57,072 nt of DNA from Emiliania huxleyi CCMP1516. Taxonomy: Eukaryota. The stretch lies in contig NW_005201286.1 of NCBI RefSeq assembly GCF_000372725.1, positions 292,105 to 349,176 on the forward strand. The letters are read 5' to 3'. The stretch's first letter is position 1. Each line of letters begins with the position of its first letter. This document shows positions 44,678 to 55,086 of the stretch, piece by piece. The notes under the pieces were generated by a model that did no database searches, was not told the origin of the DNA, and was given only the letters and a program-made list of their open reading frames with translations. Position numbers and translations under genes: made by a program.

Positions 44678-46631
44678 CTCTGGGGGGGCGCGGGGGCCCT
44701 AGAGGGTACCCATGCGGGGGGGAGATGGGGTCCCACGGCCCGCCGCAGGCACCGATTTTTTCGGTATTTTTCTTTTTTCGCGCGATTTTGACCGCGCAAG
44801 ATATAAAGGGTGGCTAAGGGCTCTGCCCGCAAGGCGCCCGCGTCGCAGACGCGGTACCATTGACAAATCTGCAATATACCCCCACACGAACAAATAGCAA
44901 AATCCGAATACCGTGCACGAACTGCGTGATCTGGGCCGTGCAAGCCTTCAGCTGGTGCCAAGACATCGTAAAATTGAAGCCGCGACGTCCGCCAAATCCG
45001 TGCTTTCGGAGCGACTGAGGGAAAGCCGCTGATCGAGCCCAGCGTGCCCGCGGCCGCCTCCCGCGCAGCACCGCCGCTGAGGACGACACGCTGCGGAATC
45101 GGATCGAGCCCATGGAGGAGAAGGGTGCAGTCGGCGAATCGGAGGAGGAGGAGGAGGGCGCAGTCGTCGACGTTGGCGTGTCTGACTCAGAGGAGGAGTT
45201 GGAGGTGCTCCAGCAACCTAACCTGATCCAGAAGCTCGCCGACGTTGTCAGGTTACGTGCGTCATGCGTGATCGAGCTTGAGGGAGGAGCTCAGCTAACG
45301 ATTCGGCCGGCCACCCAGCGCCGCCGCCCACCGCCACCCACAAAGCGCCTGCTCTACTATCACCTGGCTGGCTGACGCTCGCCCCCCCCCGCTCCACTTT
45401 CCCCTGATCATGCCCGTGATAGCACCATCACTGTCGCCGTCCTGGTTTTGAACGTGGCAGCTAGACTCTAGGGACTCGGTAGTCGTGACCGCCCCCTGAG
45501 TGTGAGGAGCAGGAGAGAGAGAGCTTTGTGGTGTTGGTGTACGCAATAACGGGACAGGGTGGTTGTTCTCTCCATCTCCCCTTCTAGCTCTTAGCATGAG
45601 CTGCGCCCTGTGTCCGACCCCTTTTGCGCTAGCAACACCTTAAACTTTCAGGCCCTCCAAATTCGGGTCGGAGCGTAGCGGAGTGGGCCCCGAGTTTGAA
45701 AAAGGGCGACGGACGCTTGCGTCCTAGCCTCCAACAACGCCTCCCCGGCGCAGAGGGGCCCCCGGAGGGATGCACAACCGCTCCACGCCACGCTTGCGGC
45801 GGTCCTCTTCCCAGCTCTGCTGAGGGCCCACACGTTATTACTTGTTCATGGGAATTCGGCGTATTGCGGCCATGCTATCACGCCTTGCGACAGCCTGTCG
45901 GCGCTGCTGACCGTGCCCTGCTGCACAATTGATCACCTGCATAGCTCGCGGCCTTAGTATCAAGCATTCAGTGACGACCTGATCGTACGGCCAGTAGGAA
46001 GGTGTCCTTCCAACGTGTGCACGCTTCTGGCGCAATCAATGCGCGTCGCCTCGGATTGGCTGCTGGCACTCTCGAGGCTATGCCTACGCACGCTCGCGCG
46101 CATGGGCAGTCAAGAGGGACCACGCACCTTCTCAGGACAGCGCCGGTACCTCTCTCTTGGACCGGCAAACTTGGTGGTCTCGTGTCACCAATGTGGGACC
46201 AGTGCGGCATCGCGCCATCGACAGCTCTGAACTGCGCCTCACCACCGACCGGGAAGGCCGCCAAGTGGGCCAGCACAGGTCGCACATTGTGGCAGCAGTC
46301 AGCAGTGCATGTCTGATAGCTAGAGCAGCAGCGTCAGGGTCGCAGGGTCGGATCGTGTCAAGCCTCTCGCCCGGCCGGCCGCGTGCAGACGTCGGCCTGT
46401 CTGCTGTCTGGGGTGATCTGTCGGCGGTCAGTACGACCGATCAGGTCGGAGGTTTCTGATGGTTGGAGGGTCTACCTGTATGTACTCCTCGAGATCTCTC
46501 CAAATATGCCCTCTAATCAACCGTGATCATTCGGGAAGTCGGTGCTAGTAGAGACTAGTAGAGCCGGAGCCCCGTTTCCGCACTGCGGCGCGGCGCACGG
46601 TGCCTCCGGGGGCCCCCGCGCCCCCCCAGAG
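44678..46631. mobile_element. Non-autonomous DNA transposon, 1954 bp, with perfect 22-bp TIRs and an 8-bp TSD
   Basis: TIR CTCTGGGGGGGCGCGGGGGCCC at 44678-44699 and its reverse complement at 46610-46631. TSD ACATTACC at 44670-44677 and 46632-46639. No transposase motif visible. Confidence 0.92.
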
Positions 46632-47451
46632 ACATTACCTACAGACAGTCTGGGGAGAAGCCGGACCAGGCCTCGCTCGCGAGCACCGCCGGATGGGAGA
46701 GTACATACAGGACGTCTGGCGAGTAACTGTGTACGTGAGATCGGTCTTGGTACCAGGCACGGTCGAACTAGGTCCCTAGCGCGGTTTCATGTTTGTAATA
46801 TCCTCACAGAGACAGAGATGTTTGTCGCGCACGATGAGCAGGACGACGCGGAGGGTGAGCGCTGTGGTCGCCGCAGACTGGCGCCGACTTGACGGGCGCA
46901 TGGAGACGTGATGCCTCCATGCGCCCGTCGAGTCAAAATCGACATGCGAGGCGATCTTTGGCCCGCCAGAGGATAGGCGGCGTTTTGGGCGACAACAGCG
47001 CGGCGACCGCGAGGTGGCGGTGGGCATGCTCCCATGTTGCCGACGCGGCGCCGGAGTGGCCGGCGCTGCTCGCCGCGACCACGACGGATACTCTGATACT
47101 CCGGGCCGACCCGTCCTACCCGACACGGTGGCACTCTTCCAGTTCCACGTCTCGCTCACGCTGAGAAAAATTCTGAAACGGCGTGCAGCATAGTCGCCGA
47201 CGAGTCGGTCCGCGTGCCTCCTCGTGTCCCGCACCGTGGTGACACATCCATAAACTCACTTTTGCCTCACTGAAGCGATGCCTGAAATCCTGTGAATCCT
47301 CGGATTTTAGATTAGGACGCTGTCCACCCCCTATTTTCACAGCAACCCCGCTCACCCCGGTCGAAGGACACGCGCACACTCCGTCGCGCGGCTACAAGTG
47401 CGCTCTCTCCATGGCCCAGCCGAGTCCGCGGCCGGGGGTGCGCCAGGGAAC

Positions 47452-50400
47452 TCAGAGGAGGCGGTACTCGCCCGCGATGACAAAGCACATGCAGTCGACT
47501 TGCATGCCGTCCAGCGCCCGCCGGACCGCCGCGGCGTCCGCCCCGAGCGCCGCCGACGCGGCCGCCAGCTGGGCGAGCGTAGCGCCCCCGCGCTCGCGTA
47601 GCAGCGCCTCCACGTGGGAGCGGAGGGCGGGGTCGGGGTCGGGGAGCCGGCCGGCGGCGTGCGCCGCATCCCGCGGCGGCGGCGGGCGCGGAGACGGAGG
47701 AGCGCCCGACGGCGCGCGCGGAGATGGAGGGTGGCTTGGGTGCCGCAACGTGCGCAGGCGGCCGCGGTAGGCGAGGGAGCAGAGGGCGGCAAGCTCGGCG
47801 AGAAGGCGGCGAGTCTCTGGCAGCTTGCTCTCGCGCTGCAGCTCGTCGGCGTGCGGGCGGAGGTGGGGCGAGCGCTCCGCGGCGTGCGACCTGACGAGAT
47901 GTAGCCGAGATGTAGCCGAGATGTAGCCGAGATGTAGCCAGCCGAGATCTAGCCAGCCGAGATCTAGCCGAGAGACGGCGTGCGGCCTGAGCAGCGCCGC
48001 GCGGCTGCCGAGCACGTTCGCCTCGCAGAAGTGCAGAAGGAGCGCCCCCTGCCGCGCGAAGCGCTCGCTGCCCTTCGGCGGCTCGAAGCGGGTCGCGTGG
48101 CCGAGAGCCGCGTCGCGCACCGAGACGGCCTCGCCGAGCCTGACACGCGGCGGCGGGTCGTGCGCGCCTGAAACAAGGAACGCTTGCGGCTAAGACCGGC
48201 GGGGAGTGGGGGGGGGGGGGGGGGACCAAAGAAAACACGGTCGTAGGTGAGCGCGTCCAGATTCGGCGTGCCGCCCTCGGCCATGAGCTGCTCGTCGCCG
48301 GTCTTGCGGGCATTGCAGCCCACATTTGCGTGCCCGTAGTCATCCCCGAGAATAAGGACAATGTGCGGCTTGCCCTGCCTGTGGCACCGCAGATAACGCC
48401 CAGGCCACCGCCCCCCAAGCGACCAATGNNNNNNNNNNNNNNNNNNNNNNNNNNNNNNNNNNNNNNNNNNNNNNNNNNNNNNNNNNNNNNNNNNNNNNNN
48501 NNNNNNNNNNNNNNNNNNNNNNNNNNNNTACAAGAGGGGGGGGGGGGAGACAAAGAGAAGAGGGGAGGTTGGACGGCGGGTCGTGTGTGCGCGCCGTGCG
48601 TCCAGCGCACGCACAGCACGGCGCCGGTGGCGTCGCCGAGGTAGAGGGAGCGAGAGAGGCGGCCTGAAGAGAGACAGTCCTCGTGCAATTCGGCAGTTCT
48701 GTTTGTGGCGGCCGAGGTAGAGGGAGCGCGAGAGGCGGCCGAAGACGAAAACTACGCCGGGCCGCGCGTGCGGTGTTTCTTTTTGCGGCGGCCGAGCTAG
48801 AGGGACAGAGGCATTCCTGGGCCATCTGGAACGGGCGCCGTCGCGAGCAGCAGCAGCCCCACCGTGTCCACCTCCTCGCCCGCGCCGCGCGCCGCGAGGC
48901 CCGCCAGCGGCGTGAGCCTCCGCACGCGCGCTGCGGCGGCGGCCGAGACCGGCTCCGCCGACTTCATGCGCGCCCAGCTCGCCGATCTCGCTACGAGCTC
49001 GGCCTCGCCGCCCGCGCCGCGCCGCAGCCGTGCGCCGATCACCTTGAAGGCCGCGCCCTCGTCAAACTCGTCCGCCTGCCCCGGCGCGTCGAGCCAGACG
49101 GTCGCCAGACAGACCCTGTCGACCCCTCCGCCGCCTCCGCTCAGGTCGGACACGCGCAAGTTCAGCACCCATGACGCGCGAGGCCGAGCCGCCCACTCCT
49201 CTTCGGCGCCTCCCGCTCCTCCTCCGCCCGCCTCGCCGCCGTCCAAGCTCGCCTGCTCCCTGCGCCAGCTGAGCGCCTCCGCCTGCTCCTGCAGCTTCGA
49301 CTCGTACCCGGCCGCGGTGAGCCAGCCGGCGCCTGAAGATGTACTGGGGAGAGTTGAAGTGGAGCACCGTGAGAGAAGCGGTGCACAGGTAGGGGTACAC
49401 GGACAGCACTGTCATCTGGGGATAGTAGGAGTGGAGGGTGTTCCGGGTAGTCGACTCATGGTAGCGGCGGGATGTGAGGAGCGATGGACACCGGACCTCG
49501 TCCGGCCGCGTCTCCCTCGGGCCGCTCGTACACGCGCAGGCCGTAGCGGCGCTCGACTCGCACGTGGACGCACGGCGCCTGGCCGCCCCCCTCCAGCAGC
49601 GAGCCGAGTGCGACGCGGAAGCCGCACGAGGCCGTCTTGCCCAACTTCGCGTCCCAACTCGCACGCCGCACGCCATTCGCGCTCAGCTTGAGCGCCGGCA
49701 GCGGCAGCGCCGGCGCATCCACGCCGCCGCCCTCCCCCGAGCCAGCTGCGCCGCTTCCTCCCTCGCCTCCGCCGCCTCCTCCTCCTCCTCCGCCTCCGCC
49801 TCCGCCGCCTCCGCCTCCGCCGCCTTCGCCGCCCCCGCCGCCTCGGCCTCCGCCTCCGCCTCCTCCGCCGCCTCCTTCGCCGCCGCCTTCGCCTTCTCCC
49901 TCGGAGATGATCCCGCACCCGCTGAGCCGGAGCTTTGTGCCGACGGCGACCCTCCCCTTCCGGATTTGCCGCAGGAGGTGAGCGTCCGGCGCCTGCGTCG
50001 TGAACGCGCCGACATGAGGGCGGGGAGGCGGTCTTGTGCAGTGTGTTCAGAGCACCGCGTGAGTACAAGGACGAGTGTGCAGTGTGTTCAGAGCACCGCG
50101 TGAGTGTACGAGGAAGGCGAAGACAGCGGACTCCGCTGAATACGGCCGAATACAGCGGAGTCCGTGCCTCCCGCGCGAGTTGCAAGGCATGACTACGTCT
50201 TCCGCTTCTAGCGTCAAGCGCCGCCCACAGGCATCGCCACCCGTCAGTCAGCTCGAGCGCCCCGTCCTCGCACCGCACCGCTGCGACGCAAAGCACCATG
50301 CCGACGCTCGGTGGGTCGGTGCCGTCCTCGATGCGGGAGAGGACCGAGCGGTGGCGCTGCACTCGCTCGCGCCGGTGCCGGTGCGCCAGCTGGCCCACCA

Positions 50401-50938
50401 CCCCCGCGACGCTGAAACCGCCGCCGCCCAGCGCGTGCGCGAGGCAGCGCTGCTGGCTGGCGAGCTTCCACACGACCAGGCGGTGGTGGCTCTGCAGCCA
50501 GTCGAGCTCGAGCTCGGACGCGGCCCGCTCGCCGATCTCCGCGCCCAGCAGCACGCGTAGCGCCCGCCAGTACGCCGCGTCGGCGTCCGGGCCGCTCGCG
50601 CCCTCGGCGGCGGCCTCTCCCGAGCAGCGGTCGGCCACCACGCCAGCGAATCGGTATGATGCCGCCGAGCGGCTGGTCACGCCGCCCGCCTCCACGAGGG
50701 TGCTGTCGAGAGCGGTGCAGTCCCGCTGCGCGAGCTCGCGCCGCCGAGCGAGCTCGCGCGGCGACGGCAGCTCGCGGTCACCGAGCAGCTGCCTCAGGCT
50801 CTTGCGCGGCGGCGCCGCGCCCGGAGCGCTCACGGTCGCAGGCGCGGGCGGCGGCAGAGGCGGCGGCGGCACCGGGCCGAGCCGCCGCCGCTTCGGTGGC
50901 CGCAGGTACACGGCGCCGGGCTCGCAGAGCGCGATCAT
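47452..50938 (-). CDS. BRCA2: BRCA2-like DNA-binding domain protein (helical domain plus OB folds) with a C-terminal winged-helix-like segment; multi-exon, spans a gap
   Basis: WLQSHHRLVVWKLAS, RSVLSRIEDG, MVLCVA, LELTDGW, GRVAVGTKL, LKLSANGVRRASWDAKLG, LGSLLEGGG..CVHVRVERRY, LNLRVSD and EVDTVGLL follow the BRCA2 DBD motif order. Introns at 50221-49993, 48739-48664 and 47986-47891. Confidence 0.85.
47894..47973. repeat. Intronic 11/15-bp minisatellite (gccgagatgta / agccagccgagatct)
   Basis: Directly visible inside intron 47891-47986. Confidence 0.9.
48245..48428 (-). pseudogene. Arylsulfatase 5' fragment within the BRCA2-like locus, next to a gap
   Basis: KPHIVLILGDDYGHANVGCNARKTGDEQLMAEGGTPNLDAL is closely similar to 55105-55282. 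It has a 1-nt frameshift. Confidence 0.8.
48429..48528. other. Assembly gap (100 N)
   Basis: Run of N. Confidence 1.
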
Positions 50939-52332
50939 GGAGGCACTGTCCCCGTCGAGGATGGGGATCGGGGGCCGCGCCAACGGAAGCGCGGCGGGCC
51001 GCGGGTTTTCTTCTTTCTCGTGAGCCGGTGTGAGTGCCAGTCCGCGCCAGTCCGCGCCCTTGTCGTGCCAGTGTGCTGTGAGAGAGGCTTGTATCTTAAG
51101 AATTCTTCTTTCTCGTTCACCGCGGTTTTTATTTTTTAACAACATGCATGTGCATGTGCATGTGCATGCATGTCAGTCTCGCCAAATGAGGCCCGGTGAA
51201 GAGGCCACCCTCGCTTGAAGCGCCTCTCCAGCCTCGCTTTCGGTCTCGTGCGCGACGCTGGCCAGGCCATGTAGGTAGGTGCGCGCTGCCGCCCAATCGA
51301 CGCGCTCCCACATTGGGCTAAACCCCACCTGGCTTCCTCCCGCTAAATGACGCAAGAGTTCTCTTGCACCTCGAAGCGCAGAAAGGCTGCCAACCTCCTC
51401 TCCCATCTGGCGCTTGCGTCGGGCAGCGTGGGCGCGGCATCCGGGACGGATGCGGGCCGCTGTCTCGCGGGATCGCTGGAAGCCGCTCGGCTCCCCACGC
51501 GCCGCCGAGCTGCGATGGCGCAACCGCAACGGCTGCCCCTCCTCGGCTCCCGCCCCGGGGCTGCCGAAATAGGTGCCCCGAGCCACCGTTTGCAACATCC
51601 GCGCGGATCGGCGGCGCTGCCGACGCCCCCCCGACCGGCAAACACCACCAGAAGGGCGGTGGTGAAAGCAGCACCTCTCAAATGTCGTCGTCGTCGCGCA
51701 GTTCCCTAGTGTCCGCTCGGCGGCCGGCGGCGGCCGGCGGCCAAGAATCCGGATTTTCGTCTCTCGACGCGAAGATATGGTCCCGAATCTCACTACTCGC
51801 CCCTCCATCCTGTAGGTCCGGACCTTGCCTGCTCAGTAGCCGCGATGAATCGTCGCCCTCATCGTCCGCGGTCATCCTTTCAGCCTCAAACGGGCCAAAC
51901 GACTGTCTCGCCATCAGCCATCTCGCCTCTCGCGGTCGCGTCACGCCTTCCCTCGTGCCGCGAGTAGGCGCGTGAGTGATGGCCCTGCCGCCAGGTACAC
52001 GGCTACACCTCGGGACGCCGTGCTGAGACGGGTAGAGCCGCCCCGCGGGAGCGAAAGCCGCCTCGCGCGCCTCAGCCCGCCGGGCCCCTCGGCGGCCAGT
52101 GTGGGGTGGATACGGCGGTGATAAACCCCTCTGACAGCAGCGCCTCACGGCGTGGGCTGCGAGGTCACTCGGGGTGACCCAGGGGGCGGCGGGGGAGCAC
52201 TATCCCGCCGGAGCAGCGGGGTTATATTCTCGCTACTCGCTCGAGTTTGAGGTGCGCCGCGCCTCGCCTGTGCTGCCTTCCCGGCTGCCCCAGCCGCCCT
52301 CACCGTCCTCATCGCCTCCCCCACCCCCTCCC

Positions 52333-53143
52333 NNNNNNNNNNNNNNNNNNNNNNNNNNNNNNNNNNNNNNNNNNNNNNNNNNNNNNNNNNNNNNNNNNNN
52401 NNNNNNNNNNNNNNNNNNNNNNNNNNNNNNNNNNNNNNNNNNNNNNNNNNNNNNNNNNNNNNNNNNNNNNNNNNNNNNNNNNNNNNNNNNNNNNNNNNNN
52501 NNNNNNNNNNNNNNNNNNNNNNNNNNNNNNNNNNNNNNNNNNNNNNNNNNNNNNNNNNNNNNNNNNNNNNNNNNNNNNNNNNNNNNNNNNNNNNNNNNNN
52601 NNNNNNNNNNNNNNNNNNNNNNNNNNNNNNNNNNNNNNNNNNNNNNNNNNNNNNNNNNNNNNNNNNNNNNNNNNNNNNNNNNNNNNNNNNNNNNNNNNNN
52701 NNNNNNNNNNNNNNNNNNNNNNNNNNNNNNNNNNNNNNNNNNNNNNNNNNNNNNNNNNNNNNNNNNNNNNNNNNNNNNNNNNNNNNNNNNNNNNNNNNNN
52801 NNNNNNNNNNNNNNNNNNNNNNNNNNNNNNNNNNNNNNNNNNNNNNNNNNNNNNNNNNNNNNNNNNNNNNNNNNNNNNNNNNNNNNNNNNNNNNNNNNNN
52901 NNNNNNNNNNNNNNNNNNNNNNNNNNNNNNNNNNNNNNNNNNNNNNNNNNNNNNNNNNNNNNNNNNNNNNNNNNNNNNNNNNNNNNNNNNNNNNNNNNNN
53001 NNNNNNNNNNNNNNNNNNNNNNNNNNNNNNNNNNNNNNNNNNNNNNNNNNNNNNNNNNNNNNNNNNNNNNNNNNNNNNNNNNNNNNNNNNNNNNNNNNNN
53101 NNNNNNNNNNNNNNNNNNNNNNNNNNNNNNNNNNNNNNNNNNN
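52333..53143. other. Assembly gap (811 N)
   Basis: Run of N. Confidence 1.
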
Positions 53144-54089
53144 GGACGGGCGTGATGGCCCGTGTGGCGTTCGTGAGGGATTGTTTGGGCGCCCTGGCAG
53201 CCTCCCCGCCTGCGTGACCAGGCCCGGTTTGGCAGCGGTTTGGGCTGTGTGTGGGCTGGTCGCGGTAGGGGATATAGGGCTTGTTTATGGTCCCACTCAC
53301 CACTCCCGGCCAACGGGGCCTCGCGGCACGCGGGGCGTCCTCGTTTGCAGTAAAAGGCCTCTGCCATCGCTCAGAGTCCCAATCCATGTGATCATCCGCG
53401 CCGCCGCGCCCGAGTAGTCCCCAGATGCGACGTCGTCGGGGAGGGCGTCGTCGCGGGCGCCAACGTCGTCATCCGAGCCCCTACGGCTGTCCAAGGGCAC
53501 GTCTGGGTGACCAGGGGCGGGGGCCGAGCCGTGAGTGCTCCGCCGGGGCGAGCTTCTGGGTCCATGGGACCGCTGCCGGACCCATCCGAGAGCCTCTCCG
53601 GACACGTTCGCTCGATGGCCTAGTTGGCGGCCGATATTCGACGACCAAAGCTCCGGGCGCCGCGGCCAGAGGTCCGCCCACGGCCCCAGGACTCGTGGTG
53701 GGTGTGGGGTGTGCCTCACGAGGCGGAGAGGCCGCGTGAACGCCCGTAGAAGCTCGCGAAGTGCGGATTTGGAGCGCCGCGCCGGACCTCCGCCGGGGCC
53801 CGCCGGGGCGTCGTATGGGCCTCGGGGTGCCCGAGAAGCTTAGAGGTGCGGTTTTTTTTGCTTGTGTCTATCGGTTCATGTCATGGACCGGCCCTGGGAA
53901 GCCTTTGACCGCGCGCGGAGGGTGTTACGGGGCCGTGATGATTTAGCGGGAGGGAAATCGGCTGGTTTGCCCAGTGTGCCCCGCCCAACACCCCTACCCG
54001 CCGGGCAGCGCGCCATCCAGATGGCCGCCCCGACCCTCACTTCCGGCTGCGCGCCCACGCTCGGCCAGCAGGGCCGCCGAGCGCATCGC

Positions 54090-54558
54090 GGCTGTTATAG
54101 TTGCAACCCTCATGCCACCCACTCTCGTCGTTCTTCCTCCTGTCGTTTCCTCCTCTGTCGCGTCGCTCTCGTCTGCCTCGTCCTGCGACGCCGCCGCCGC
54201 CTGCCTCGATAGACGATAGTTTCGTGGTTGGGTTCTTTTTCGCCACCAAAATTCTTTTTCGCCACCTCCGTCCGACACTATCGAGCCTGTCTGCTGACTG
54301 CTGGTTGTCGAGCCTGTCTGCTGGTTGGGAGGCTCGACAAAGAAAGGAAGGGAAACTCCAAGTGCTCCAAATCTCTGAGCGGGCGGATTCTGTGTCGAGA
54401 GAGAGATTTTTGAAGACCAACAAGAAATCACGATCCTCACAGTGATTTGGGCTCGGCAGCTTGTTAGCCCTCAGCCGAAGCTGGGGCCGGTCCCGTAGCC
54501 GAGAGAGCCCGCGCCGATGAGTTCGACGCGGTCGCGGGGGGCCTTGCGGAGAGGCTGC
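54090..54558. repeat. Composite dispersed repeat (segments shared with ~5780-5895, ~17630-17716 and ~21414-21433)
   Basis: Visual alignment of the shared segments. Confidence 0.7.
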
Positions 54559-55086
54559 GGTGTCGTGCAAAAAAAGACAACACTCAAACAGGAATCAAAG
54601 GAATGTTGGAAAAAAGAAATCGCGGTACAAACAGAACGTGCCCAGCTCCCCTTTCTCCGTCTCGCGCGTGACCGCGAAGCACAGCACGCACGTGACAAAG
54701 TCGCGCGCCGCGATGCCGTTCGTGTTTCCTGCCATCGGCGGCGACCGGGTCGAGGGCGAAATCGGCCACTCAAAACGGCGCGGTCAACCCGGGTATTCCC
54801 AGACTGTGCCGAGTCGAGATGGTGCCGCGCTCGAGTGGATGGATGGATCTCGTAGAGCGAGAGGACGAGGAGCGCCGCCCGCGCGCGGGCCGCCGCGGGG
54901 AAGAGCGAGTGGCTTGCCGGCGACCACAGCGCCGCCGCCCGCCGGATCAGCGCCACCGCCTCGCCCTCGCCGCGTTTCCTCTGTTTCGTCTACTCCCTGG
55001 TTTCGGATCCGTTACGCGCCTGCGAACGCCGAACGCCCCCCCACCTCGTGTCGACCTGCTGAGGGTTGTATTGTCGCTAGGGCACA

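Noticed and set aside
45609..47349. Similar GTCC-ACCCC...AGCAAC-CC motifs at ~45612 and ~47322 as possible transposon ends
   Set aside because: Weak similarity, with no partner ends or TSDs found.
7724..50938. Apparent DNA-repair gene cluster (HRDC, AlkB-PBZ, BRCA2-like)
   Set aside because: The genes are far apart and interspersed with unrelated genes. No evidence of co-regulation.
51173..52330. ORFs upstream of the BRCA2-like gene as possible BRC-repeat exons or a structured RNA
   Set aside because: No BRC motif or recognisable RNA family is visible, and the region ends in a gap.
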